Source: Escherichia phage Pondi. From it: a stretch of 60,610 bases of DNA. This document shows, one piece after another, positions 18,300 to 25,915 of this stretch (position 1 is its first letter; each line of letters begins with the position of its first letter). Below the pieces are notes generated by a model. It was given only the letters and a program-made list of their open reading frames with translations, searched no databases and was not told where the DNA came from. The position numbers and the translations under genes are program-made. The stretch lies in sequence record OP136151.1; one strand, 5' to 3'.

Positions 18300-18674
18300 G
18301 TGGGGGTTCCTGTGAACAACTTGCCGAGATTCATCGCCGCCGTGGCACATATTACCGACTTTCCGATTGAGCGTAGCAAGTACGGCAGTATGCAGGATGA
18401 GATGTACCAGGTGTACACACTCGACGATTTAACGTTAATCGGTTCTACCACGTTTGGCGGCTATCTGATCACTGTTCATAAAGGGCGCAGTGTTCTTTAC
18501 GAACTTCGGGTGTACGGTAACAATGCCATCTATCACCACACGTTACAACGAGCTATCAAGCTGGATAAACGTACCGGTAAATGGGTAACTTACGTTAAGT
18601 TAACCGAAGGCATGGCATTTACTAACCTTTATGATGCAATGATGCACTGCGGGGGTACTCATGGCTGGGTTTAA
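18300..18674 (+). CDS. Hypothetical protein, 124 aa (GTG start)
   Basis: ORF; start uncertain. Confidence 0.4.
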   Translation: MGVPVNNLPRFIAAVAHITDFPIERSKYGSMQDEMYQVYTLDDLTLIGSTTFGGYLITVHKGRSVLYELRVYGNNAIYHHTLQRAIKLDKRTGKWVTYVKLTEGMAFTNLYDAMMHCGGTHGWV

Positions 18675-18969
18675 TGTATTCGCAAGCGCGGCGCTTAAAC
18701 TGTCAATCGCGCTGTTTATTCTGTCGACGCTGTACATCATGACATGTGACTACGGCACCTTTCACGACATCATCACACAGTTAAGGCGGTTGTAATGCAA
18801 GGAATAATTACAGGTCTTGCCTTCTCCCTGACGTTGTGGGTAATGTCAATGGTTGCAGTATGGGCGGTCCTCCGGTTCGTGTTCGGTCTTCCGGTAGACC
18901 TCTGGCGTTAATTTTATGGTCGACGTGGTGGCGGCCTCCTTTCCACTACAAATAATAGGAGCTTCAAAC

Positions 18970-19155
18970 ATGTCTAAATCTATCATCGCTATCATCCTGG
19001 CTACTCTTCTGGCTGGTTGCTCTGCTAACGTCGGGTACAATCCCAACGTATCCGGGCAAACCGGGCGCGCTGAGTCCGACTCACCTAACGCGCAGCAACG
19101 CGCCGAGAACGCTCAGACGTCCCGTGATGCTGCGGCTAAGGGCGGCGAGTGGTAA
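18970..19155 (+). CDS. Small outer-membrane lipoprotein, 61 aa (candidate superinfection-exclusion protein)
   Basis: MSKSIIAIILATLLAGCSANV: signal peptide plus lipobox LAGC with Ser at +2; AGGAG RBS; followed by GC hairpin. Confidence 0.6.
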   Translation: MSKSIIAIILATLLAGCSANVGYNPNVSGQTGRAESDSPNAQQRAENAQTSRDAAAKGGEW

Positions 19156-19163
19156 TGAAGGGC

Positions 19164-19177
19164 GGGGCTTCGGCCCC
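19164..19177 (+). promoter_or_regulatory. GC-rich UUCG-tetraloop stem-loop (GGGGC-UUCG-GCCCC), third copy
   Basis: Same hairpin as at 2222 and 9157, here on the plus strand after the lipoprotein gene. Confidence 0.5.
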
Positions 19178-19182
19178 AAACT

Positions 19183-19377
19183 ATGGCGATCAATTTAAAA
19201 ACCCGTGTGCAATACCTGGCCGAGCGGGAGGCCATAAGTTTATCGGAGGTTGAACGGCGAGCAGGCTGGAAACGTGGCACGCTGTTCATGGTACTAAAAG
19301 CAAACAATCCACGCCTTCAAACGCTGGTATCACTGGCGGCGGCGCTCAACGTAACGGTAGGGGAATTAATATCATGA
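19183..19377 (+). CDS. Helix-turn-helix (XRE/Cro-like) DNA-binding protein, 64 aa
   Basis: LSEVERRAGWKRGTLFMVLKANNPRLQTLVSLAAALNVTVGEL matches the HTH_XRE pattern. Confidence 0.6.
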   Translation: MAINLKTRVQYLAEREAISLSEVERRAGWKRGTLFMVLKANNPRLQTLVSLAAALNVTVGELIS

Positions 19378-19601
19378 TGTCCATCGAGCAAGCATTAGCC
19401 CAAACACCTGGCGGCTTCAAACTGACCAGTTTTGACGGTCGCAACGACTCGGCTGTATGGGAAGACCGCAACGGGAATACGGTCGTTAAGTTTTACGAGG
19501 GGTATTTCGCACGATACAACGGCGAGATGTCGTCAAACTACGACACCATCAACGAGGCTTGCGCCTGGCTGGAATCAAAAAAGAAATGGTGGGGTAAATA
19601 A
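19374..19601 (+). CDS. Hypothetical protein, 75 aa
   Basis: ATGA-coupled ORF. Confidence 0.45.
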   Translation: MMSIEQALAQTPGGFKLTSFDGRNDSAVWEDRNGNTVVKFYEGYFARYNGEMSSNYDTINEACAWLESKKKWWGK

Positions 19602-19602
19602 T

Positions 19603-19788
19603 ATGGCCTGGGCTTACTGTGAGCACTGCGGCGCGCCAGTAGCGCAACCTACCGCACGCGAAATACTGAAAGAAGAAGTCTATTGTTTATCTGGTTGCGG
19701 TAGACCTCAAACCGTACGCGGTGACACACGCAACGATGCTATAGACGAACTGTTCGACCGTCTGGAAAGCCTGGAGAAACGACCGTGA
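19603..19788 (+). CDS. Small zinc-ribbon protein, 61 aa
   Basis: CEHCG...C..GCG (CxxC-x20-CxxxC) pattern. Confidence 0.4.
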   Translation: MAWAYCEHCGAPVAQPTAREILKEEVYCLSGCGRPQTVRGDTRNDAIDELFDRLESLEKRP

Positions 19789-20021
19789 TCGACTTTATGA
19801 AACTGCTGGAAATGGTACACATCGACGGTTTCCGCTGTGAAATCTCAAGCGATGATGATCGTGTTACGTTTGTCTGGCGTGGTTACGATGATGTGCTGGG
19901 TCAAACGTATGGCGTGTCACGCGTTGTCAGTAAGGTAATGATCACTCAGGCGATGGTGCCGGAAGATGTGATCGAACGCCTGGTTGACTGTGCGCGTAAA
20001 GGTCTGGAGAAGATGCAATGA
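19785..20021 (+). CDS. Hypothetical protein, 78 aa (GTG start)
   Basis: GGAG-N8-GTG; GTGA overlap upstream and ATGA overlap downstream. Confidence 0.45.
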   Translation: MIDFMKLLEMVHIDGFRCEISSDDDRVTFVWRGYDDVLGQTYGVSRVVSKVMITQAMVPEDVIERLVDCARKGLEKMQ

Positions 20022-20719
20022 TCCTCTGGTTCCTGTGTGACGGGTCCGGCCTGATGGGTCAGCCGTGGGCGGAGGCGGGTCACACCGTCTACTGCTTCAA
20101 CGCGGACGAGGGCGACCACGGGCCTTATACCCGCTTCGGGTGCCGTGTGGAGCATCCAAACATTCACTACATCAACACCTGGATTGACAGTAAGTTTGTG
20201 ATGAAAGCGATGGCGACCAGTGGCGATAAACCTGATTTAATATTTGCTTTCCCACCGTGCACGGATATTGCCGTATCAGGTGCCCGACACTTCGCCGCTA
20301 AGCTGGCAGCTAACCCAGCGTGTCAGGATGACGCTGTAGCAACTGCGCGCATTGCTGAGCGTTTGGGGCGGTGGTTCAACGTGCCTTACATGATTGAAAA
20401 CCCGGTCAGCGTGATGGCCTCACTGTGGCGCAAACCTGATTTCACTTTCCACCCGTGGGAGTTCTCCGGGTATCTGCCGGAAGGAGATATGCACCCGTTT
20501 TTCCCGGACCTGATTGCAGGTCGGGATCAGTACCCGAAAAAGACTTGCCTGTGGACTGGTAACGGCTTTAAGTATCCGAAGAAACTCCCGGTACCCATTC
20601 CGCCAGGGTACAGCGATCAGTTCCACAAGCTGGGCGGCAAGTCTGCAAAGACAAAAACCATCCGATCACTAACCCCGCGCGGCTTCGCACTCGCGGTATA
20701 TCAAGCAAATAAGGATTAA
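20018..20719 (+). CDS. Putative DNA (cytosine-5)-methyltransferase-like protein, 233 aa
   Basis: Motif I-like WFLCDGSGLMG, catalytic Pro-Cys motif FAFPPCTDIAVSG, ENV-like YMIENPV and GNG motif in the order expected for C5-MTases; short target-recognition region. Confidence 0.45.
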   Translation: MILWFLCDGSGLMGQPWAEAGHTVYCFNADEGDHGPYTRFGCRVEHPNIHYINTWIDSKFVMKAMATSGDKPDLIFAFPPCTDIAVSGARHFAAKLAANPACQDDAVATARIAERLGRWFNVPYMIENPVSVMASLWRKPDFTFHPWEFSGYLPEGDMHPFFPDLIAGRDQYPKKTCLWTGNGFKYPKKLPVPIPPGYSDQFHKLGGKSAKTKTIRSLTPRGFALAVYQANKD

Positions 20720-20722
20720 ACC

Positions 20723-21370
20723 ATGAAACAATCAATTGTAGACGCTATCTTACGCAACGCTGAGCACAAATCCGGTATCGTCGAACGTGACAAGACCATT
20801 TGCGCCCGTCGATCTGCGGTGGCTGTGCGTATCCGTGATTACTTCCTGAAGCAATCCGGTCTGAGCATTGAGGAAATTTTAGCATTAAAGCGTGACGCCG
20901 ATCATATCAATGACAAGCTGAAAGCGTTCGGCTGTGTCAACGCTCAGGTAACAAGCGATTACTTTTATGTAAACGTATGCGGTCACAGCCATAACATTCG
21001 CATTGACGGCCTGCGCTACGGTGGCACGTATGATGATGCGCGTTCATTGTTTGCTGATAGCGGCGCTGACATCGAGCATTGCATCGTACCCGCCTGGCCT
21101 GTTGGTGAAGGTCTGGTGTACCCGTATGAATCCGCACGCGATGAGCTTATGGCGATTGATGCCGACGCTAAGGCGCTGCGCAAGGACTACGACAACCTTC
21201 ACGCCACGCTGAAAGCCCAGCTTAAGCCGTTCCGCACGGTTGCCGCACTGCTGAAAGCCTGGCCGGAAGCGGCTGAATTAATCCCGGCGACCGAGAAACC
21301 GCAGTCAACCGAGATTGCGCTTGATGTGTCCACGCTTAACGCGCTGTGTGGGGTACCATCTGGTAAATGA
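20723..21370 (+). CDS. Hypothetical protein, 215 aa
   Basis: AAGGA RBS; no recognisable motif. Confidence 0.5.
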   Translation: MKQSIVDAILRNAEHKSGIVERDKTICARRSAVAVRIRDYFLKQSGLSIEEILALKRDADHINDKLKAFGCVNAQVTSDYFYVNVCGHSHNIRIDGLRYGGTYDDARSLFADSGADIEHCIVPAWPVGEGLVYPYESARDELMAIDADAKALRKDYDNLHATLKAQLKPFRTVAALLKAWPEAAELIPATEKPQSTEIALDVSTLNALCGVPSGK

Positions 21371-21375
21371 TTTAC

Positions 21376-21404
21376 TTGACGGCATGGAAGCCATCAATTA
21401 TATT
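21376..21404 (+). promoter_or_regulatory. Sigma70-like promoter candidate (TTGACG-17-TATATT)
   Basis: Good -35/-10 match with 17-nt spacer just after the stop of gene 20723..21370. Confidence 0.4.
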
Positions 21405-21435
21405 TAGTTCACCAACAACACAGAGGGCTAATCGA

Positions 21436-21702
21436 GTGAACGTAAACGAAGCACTGAGTATCGCACCGGAAGGCTGGGAACTGATCAGCTTTGACAATAT
21501 GGGCGCTTGTCAATACAAACGCGAGTCGCATTTATTGAAGCGTTATCGTAACGGTACATGGGTATGCGTTGCTCGCGCTAACGATGAGCGTGAGTACGAA
21601 AGTAACGCATACCTGACAGCACAAGACGCGATCGACGACTGTCGCCGGGCGTTTGAGTCGCGCCGCGAAAAACTTTTCATATCACTGAGGAATTTAAAAT
21701 GA
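21436..21702 (+). CDS. Hypothetical protein, about 88 aa (GTG start)
   Basis: GTG preceded by AGAGGG; the longer upstream extension would contain the promoter candidate. Confidence 0.4.
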   Translation: MNVNEALSIAPEGWELISFDNMGACQYKRESHLLKRYRNGTWVCVARANDEREYESNAYLTAQDAIDDCRRAFESRREKLFISLRNLK

Positions 21703-21986
21703 AATATATCACCTGGATTCTCGCAGCATACGCCGCACTGGCTATCGGTATGAACGTAGCGCACGCGGCTGTACTCAAGACTCACACCTACAGTTTCACC
21801 ACAACCTACATCGTGACGGATACTGACAAGATCCCGGCGTGCATTATCTATGGCGGCGGTATGCCACTGGTCACACCAAACGCCTGTGATCGTGCCGTAC
21901 GCGTCATGGCTGAGCTTATCCGCAAGGATGACCCGACGGCACTCCTTGACTTCACTCTGGATGGTCTGGAGTTAAGCAAGTCATGA
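21699..21986 (+). CDS. Predicted secreted/periplasmic protein, 95 aa
   Basis: N-terminal signal peptide MKYITWILAAYAALAIGMNVAHA with an AxA cleavage site. Confidence 0.55.
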   Translation: MKYITWILAAYAALAIGMNVAHAAVLKTHTYSFTTTYIVTDTDKIPACIIYGGGMPLVTPNACDRAVRVMAELIRKDDPTALLDFTLDGLELSKS

Positions 21987-22252
21987 TGCGCGGCTATGTG
22001 CTGACGGTCGAGCTTAAAGCGGGTGCGAAGCTGTACCACTACCCGCAGCAAGTAGGCGGCCACCGCTGGGCGCTGACAGGGGCGAAGGTTGTCCCCGCCA
22101 GTCTTGATGAAACGTGCGACCAACTGGTTAAAGAAGGCTGGCTGGTACCGGGCGATGAGAGAAACGAGTGGGTACTATGGCAGACGGCATCATCAAATTC
22201 AAAATCTACCCCGGAAAACTCCGGGTCTACTTCAGCCTTGAAAAATACCTGA
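21983..22252 (+). CDS. Hypothetical protein, 89 aa
   Basis: ATGA-coupled ORF; 3' end overlaps next gene by about 76 nt, so C-terminus uncertain. Confidence 0.35.
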   Translation: MMRGYVLTVELKAGAKLYHYPQQVGGHRWALTGAKVVPASLDETCDQLVKEGWLVPGDERNEWVLWQTASSNSKSTPENSGSTSALKNT

Positions 22253-22509
22253 AGGACTTCCCGGACCGCAAAAGCGATGAGTACGCGTTAACAAACGCTT
22301 TTGCTACCGTTGAGCACATAGGGCCATGCGTGGTGTATATCAGGGAGCCTTCACCGTCGCTGGTGATGCACGAAGCTATACACTCAGCATGGGATGTTTT
22401 AAATCACGTAGGGATCAAGGTTGAATATGACAACCACGAAGCATTAACCTACCTGGCCGAGTATATTTTTACGGAGACTTTAAAGCTATGGACTCGCTAT
22501 TCGCGTTAA
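22177..22509 (+). CDS. Small protein with HExxH zinc-metallopeptidase-like motif, about 110 aa
   Basis: VMHEAIHSAWD contains HExxH; start set at internal ATG. Confidence 0.4.
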   Translation: MADGIIKFKIYPGKLRVYFSLEKYLKDFPDRKSDEYALTNAFATVEHIGPCVVYIREPSPSLVMHEAIHSAWDVLNHVGIKVEYDNHEALTYLAEYIFTETLKLWTRYSR

Positions 22510-22564
22510 TAGTTTTTATCGTACTGTGCTACGGGTTCTATAAAATACTGGAGATGATACTGAA

Positions 22565-23059
22565 ATGATTTACATCTGTGATTTGGACGGTACCTTGTAC
22601 GACAATCGCCACCGCGCGCACCTGATGCCGACTGGCGACAAACGCAACGACACCGAAGCCTGGGCGCAGTTTAACGGGGCGTGCCGTGGTGATAAGCCGA
22701 TCCCTAATATGCTGGCTATCATCAAGCAACTGTTGGCTAGTGGTGAATATGTGCGATTCCTCACCGGGCGCGGCAAGTCTGCCTACCTGCCGACGATGGA
22801 CCGCCTGCATAACGATCTGGAGTTAAGCCGCACGCTTATCGAATTACAGATGCGCCCTATGGATGACCACCGAAGCGCGGCTGAGTTCAAGTGTGATATA
22901 CTGCGCCGCCTGCTGAAGACCTACGGAACTGAAAAGTTTACGTGCTTTGAGGATGACCCTGAAGTTTGCGCAGCATTCGAAGCGCTTTCAGACCGGGTGA
23001 TCGTGGTGCAGGTTGATAGCCTGTGCGCTGCTGTACTGGATGGGGATAGTAATAAGTGA
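22565..23059 (+). CDS. HAD-superfamily phosphatase, 164 aa (polynucleotide 3'-phosphatase/nucleotidase-like)
   Basis: Motif I ICDLDGTL (DxDGT), motif II LTGR, conserved Lys, motif IV FEDD. Confidence 0.65.
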   Translation: MIYICDLDGTLYDNRHRAHLMPTGDKRNDTEAWAQFNGACRGDKPIPNMLAIIKQLLASGEYVRFLTGRGKSAYLPTMDRLHNDLELSRTLIELQMRPMDDHRSAAEFKCDILRRLLKTYGTEKFTCFEDDPEVCAAFEALSDRVIVVQVDSLCAAVLDGDSNK

Positions 23060-23292
23060 AAACAGTTGAATACTTTGGTTACGCGGTGGACGTACCGAAT
23101 AGAGCCACACACCTGGCGGCTGACGGTGACGGAACGGTTTACGCGTTTGTCGGTAAACCGTTCATTTTAGCTTACGTATGGTGGCCTCGAAACGGTTATG
23201 GTGCTGTCGAAACCTGTTACGTTACCGACTGCCCGAAACTCGATACACAAGCTATCGACTGGCGCGACTCACTGAAGGAGATTAAATCGTGA
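23056..23292 (+). CDS. Hypothetical protein, 78 aa (GTG start)
   Basis: GTGAAAAC context; coupled to neighbours. Confidence 0.45.
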   Translation: MKTVEYFGYAVDVPNRATHLAADGDGTVYAFVGKPFILAYVWWPRNGYGAVETCYVTDCPKLDTQAIDWRDSLKEIKS

Positions 23293-23918
23293 GCAATATT
23301 CACGTAATGGCAGACGTTGAGAACCTCAGCGTCGAGCCAAACGGACCTGTACTGACCATCGGCCTGGTAGCGTTCGACATTACCAGCGGTGAGATTGTGG
23401 CGGAGTTTTACGAGCGCATGGATCGCAATCTGGCGCAGAAATACGGCACGCCCAGCCTTTCTACCCTGAAGTGGTGGGAAGGTCAGGACGAGGCGGCCAG
23501 GGCTGAAGCGTACAACGGTACCAGCGACCCGCGCAACGTGGCGCGTAGCCTGCGTGAGTGGTTCGTCAAATACAACCTGGGTAACTCCGGCATTTGGGGC
23601 AACGGATCTGTAATGGACATCGCCCAGCTTGAATGGTGGCTACGTCAAACCAACCCTGTGATCGGTAAGTACGGGCAGGAATACCCGTGGAAATACAGGA
23701 ATATCTACGACATGCGCACAATCATGATGCTTGCAGGTATGCAGATGCCCCGCACGCGCCCGGCGCACATCCAGTATCATAACGCGCTGCATGATGCCCG
23801 GTACCAGGTTGAGTGGGTGTGCAAGGCTTACGCCAAACTCAATAACAAACCTGCCGTAATGCAGCAACAGCCGGACACGTGGCCGCCGGATGTAGATTCA
23901 TTCATTACTGCTGATTAA
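23289..23918 (+). CDS. DEDDh-family 3'-5' exonuclease (DnaQ-like), 209 aa
   Basis: Exo I MADVENL (D-x-E), Exo II GNGSVMDIAQL, Exo III YHNALHDARY (Y-x3-H-D). Confidence 0.7.
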   Translation: MSNIHVMADVENLSVEPNGPVLTIGLVAFDITSGEIVAEFYERMDRNLAQKYGTPSLSTLKWWEGQDEAARAEAYNGTSDPRNVARSLREWFVKYNLGNSGIWGNGSVMDIAQLEWWLRQTNPVIGKYGQEYPWKYRNIYDMRTIMMLAGMQMPRTRPAHIQYHNALHDARYQVEWVCKAYAKLNNKPAVMQQQPDTWPPDVDSFITAD

Positions 23919-23922
23919 TTAC

Positions 23923-23951
23923 TTGACAGTCAGGGACGACTATACTAAATT
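23923..23951 (+). promoter_or_regulatory. Sigma70-like promoter candidate (TTGACAGTCAG... -10 TAAATT)
   Basis: -35 TTGACA, 17-nt spacer; shares the extended TTGACAGTCAG with the candidate at 25852. Confidence 0.3.
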
Positions 23952-23986
23952 CATTATTCTACAAACGCGACAATAGGAAAATCAAA

Positions 23987-24169
23987 ATGAGCTTATTTGA
24001 CTTAGTATTCAATGCTTTCCAACCTGCGCCTGAAATCGGTAACACGTACCACGGTACCCGCACCGAGATCGTAACGTACACGAAGCGCTATACCCGTAAA
24101 GGTGTTCGCATCATTCCTTTAGAAGTCCGTGCGCTCCCTGGCAATAGCCGTGGTAAGGCGCGTCGCTAA
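23987..24169 (+). CDS. Hypothetical basic protein, 60 aa
   Basis: AGGAAAA RBS; TAATG coupling downstream. Confidence 0.4.
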   Translation: MSLFDLVFNAFQPAPEIGNTYHGTRTEIVTYTKRYTRKGVRIIPLEVRALPGNSRGKARR

Positions 24170-24660
24170 TGGCGATCACCTGTAACACACTGGACGAGGC
24201 CATCAAGCAGGCTGAACGCATGTCTGCGGTACTCGGTAAACCTTATTGCGTCGTGACGTATAAGGGGAAATACCGGGCAGTCCAGCGCGTTAACAAGCTG
24301 TACAGGCTGCGGGTAGTCTGGCAGAACTGGGAGCCTATCGAACGGTATCGCGTCCCAGTAGCCAACACGCCGATGAACAGAATGATTGTCGAGCGTAAAC
24401 CACGTGTTGAAGCTGCCGAATTACTGGGGATTCTCCCGCGACAGCTTGATACTGTGCGCAAGAAATACGGCTGGAAAAGTCCTGAGAAGGGCGTAAAGAT
24501 TGACCTTAATCATCTGCGTCACGCGATGCTAACCATGACCGCCAGCGATTACGCTGGTGAGATTGGGGTGTACCCTGAACGCATTTACAAGCTGTGCAAA
24601 CAGCATAACATCACGCGTCACGTCACGCGGCCACGGGGGAGTCGTAAAAATGGCAATTAA
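24169..24660 (+). CDS. Putative DNA-binding protein with two HTH-like segments, 163 aa
   Basis: AAELLGILPRQLDTVRKKYG and ASDYAGEIGVYPERIYKLCKQH resemble helix-turn-helix units. Confidence 0.4.
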   Translation: MAITCNTLDEAIKQAERMSAVLGKPYCVVTYKGKYRAVQRVNKLYRLRVVWQNWEPIERYRVPVANTPMNRMIVERKPRVEAAELLGILPRQLDTVRKKYGWKSPEKGVKIDLNHLRHAMLTMTASDYAGEIGVYPERIYKLCKQHNITRHVTRPRGSRKNGN

Positions 24661-24904
24661 TATTGAAGCTACAGCAACGAGTGTAGAGGTGGGTACGTCT
24701 ACCTACAACGAGATCAGCGTTAATATCGTACACTTGAACCTGGCCGAGTATGTGAGCGCTGAGGCAATTGTCGCTGAATACAGTGCATCTTCGCTACTAG
24801 ATGCGATCGGCGGCTTTGACGACTGGGTAGAAGAGGGGCGCGTCCGTGAATCAGACGTTGCTGAATGGCTGGCAGAACGTGGTTATAAAGTGGAGAAAGA
24901 ATAA
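24650..24904 (+). CDS. Small strongly acidic protein, 84 aa
   Basis: Internal ATG with GGGGGAG RBS; net charge about -12. Confidence 0.45.
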   Translation: MAINIEATATSVEVGTSTYNEISVNIVHLNLAEYVSAEAIVAEYSASSLLDAIGGFDDWVEEGRVRESDVAEWLAERGYKVEKE

Positions 24905-25104
24905 TGGGTAAGTTATCAGGTATCATTGCAATAGGTGCAATTTGGGGTGTTATTCTGGCTGGTATCACAGGCTGGTTCTTGAACCTGGCGCACTGCCTGT
25001 CGTATATTGGTGGAGGCCATCCAGATGATACCACCGCCGAAGTAGTGATGCGCATCGTAGGAATTTTCACCTTCTTACCTGGCGCGATTGCTGGCTGGCT
25101 GTAG
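24904..25104 (+). CDS. Small membrane protein, 66 aa, two predicted TM helices
   Basis: Two hydrophobic stretches; TAATG coupling. Confidence 0.45.
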   Translation: MGKLSGIIAIGAIWGVILAGITGWFLNLAHCLSYIGGGHPDDTTAEVVMRIVGIFTFLPGAIAGWL

Positions 25105-25150
25105 TAAATGATGGGCGCAATTCCGCGCCCCTCTCAAACGAGGTGCCTTT

Positions 25151-25846
25151 ATGAGTAAGAAACGTAATACCGCCGAAGTTGTCGAACTCAACACCACACC
25201 ATCCCCCGTTATCCGCGCAGATAAATCGCCCATTGAACCACGCACCGCAAACCAGGAATCGTATCTCGAAGCCATCCGAACCAAATCCCTTATTTTCGCC
25301 AGCGGTGAAGCCGGATGCGGGAAGACATTTATCGCGGCATGTAAAGCGGCTGAGTATTTATCTGACAAAGTTGTCGAACGGATCGTCGTCACCCGACCTG
25401 TACTCAACGCGGATGAAGACATGGGCTTCTTGCCTGGCGGACTTGCTGAAAAGTTCGACCCCTACTTCAGACCAGTCAAAGACACCTTAATCAAACGCCT
25501 GGGTGAGACGCACTTCAAATACTGCATGGACCACGGCAAGATTGAGATTGCACCGTTCGCCTACATGCGGGGCCGCAGCTTTGACAACGCGTTCATCATC
25601 CTCGACGAAGCGCAGAACGTCACACCTAAGCAAATGAAACTCTTCCTGACGCGTATCGGTGATAACTGCATCGTGGTCGTCAACGGTGACATCACTCAGT
25701 GCGACTTACCGAAGGGGACTCAAGACGGACTCAGCGATGCGTTAGCCCGTTTCCCCGACTCCGATGACGTGGCCGGGATTCTCTTCCACAAAAATGATTG
25801 CGTTAGATCACATATTTGTAGACTTGCATTAGAAGCCTACGAATAA
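25151..25846 (+). CDS. phoH: PhoH-like ATPase, 231 aa
   Basis: Walker A GEAGCGKTFIA and the PhoH-family FIILDEAQN...GD.TQCDLP motif. Confidence 0.8.
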   Translation: MSKKRNTAEVVELNTTPSPVIRADKSPIEPRTANQESYLEAIRTKSLIFASGEAGCGKTFIAACKAAEYLSDKVVERIVVTRPVLNADEDMGFLPGGLAEKFDPYFRPVKDTLIKRLGETHFKYCMDHGKIEIAPFAYMRGRSFDNAFIILDEAQNVTPKQMKLFLTRIGDNCIVVVNGDITQCDLPKGTQDGLSDALARFPDSDDVAGILFHKNDCVRSHICRLALEAYE

Positions 25847-25851
25847 ATCTA

Positions 25852-25880
25852 TTGACAGTCAGATTTAACTAACCTATATT
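25852..25880 (+). promoter_or_regulatory. Sigma70-like promoter candidate (TTGACA-17-TATATT)
   Basis: Strong -35/-10 match between phoH stop and next gene. Confidence 0.45.
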
Positions 25881-25915
25881 TACCCTATCGCTAACGAGCA
25901 ATGGGGTAAATAGTC

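Noticed and set aside
4893-21381. 13-nt identity TGATTTACTTGACG at 4893 and 21368 as a specific regulatory repeat
   Set aside because: A 13-mer match between two sites in a 60-kb genome is expected by chance; only the intergenic TTGAC-containing sites with a proper -10 were kept as promoter candidates.
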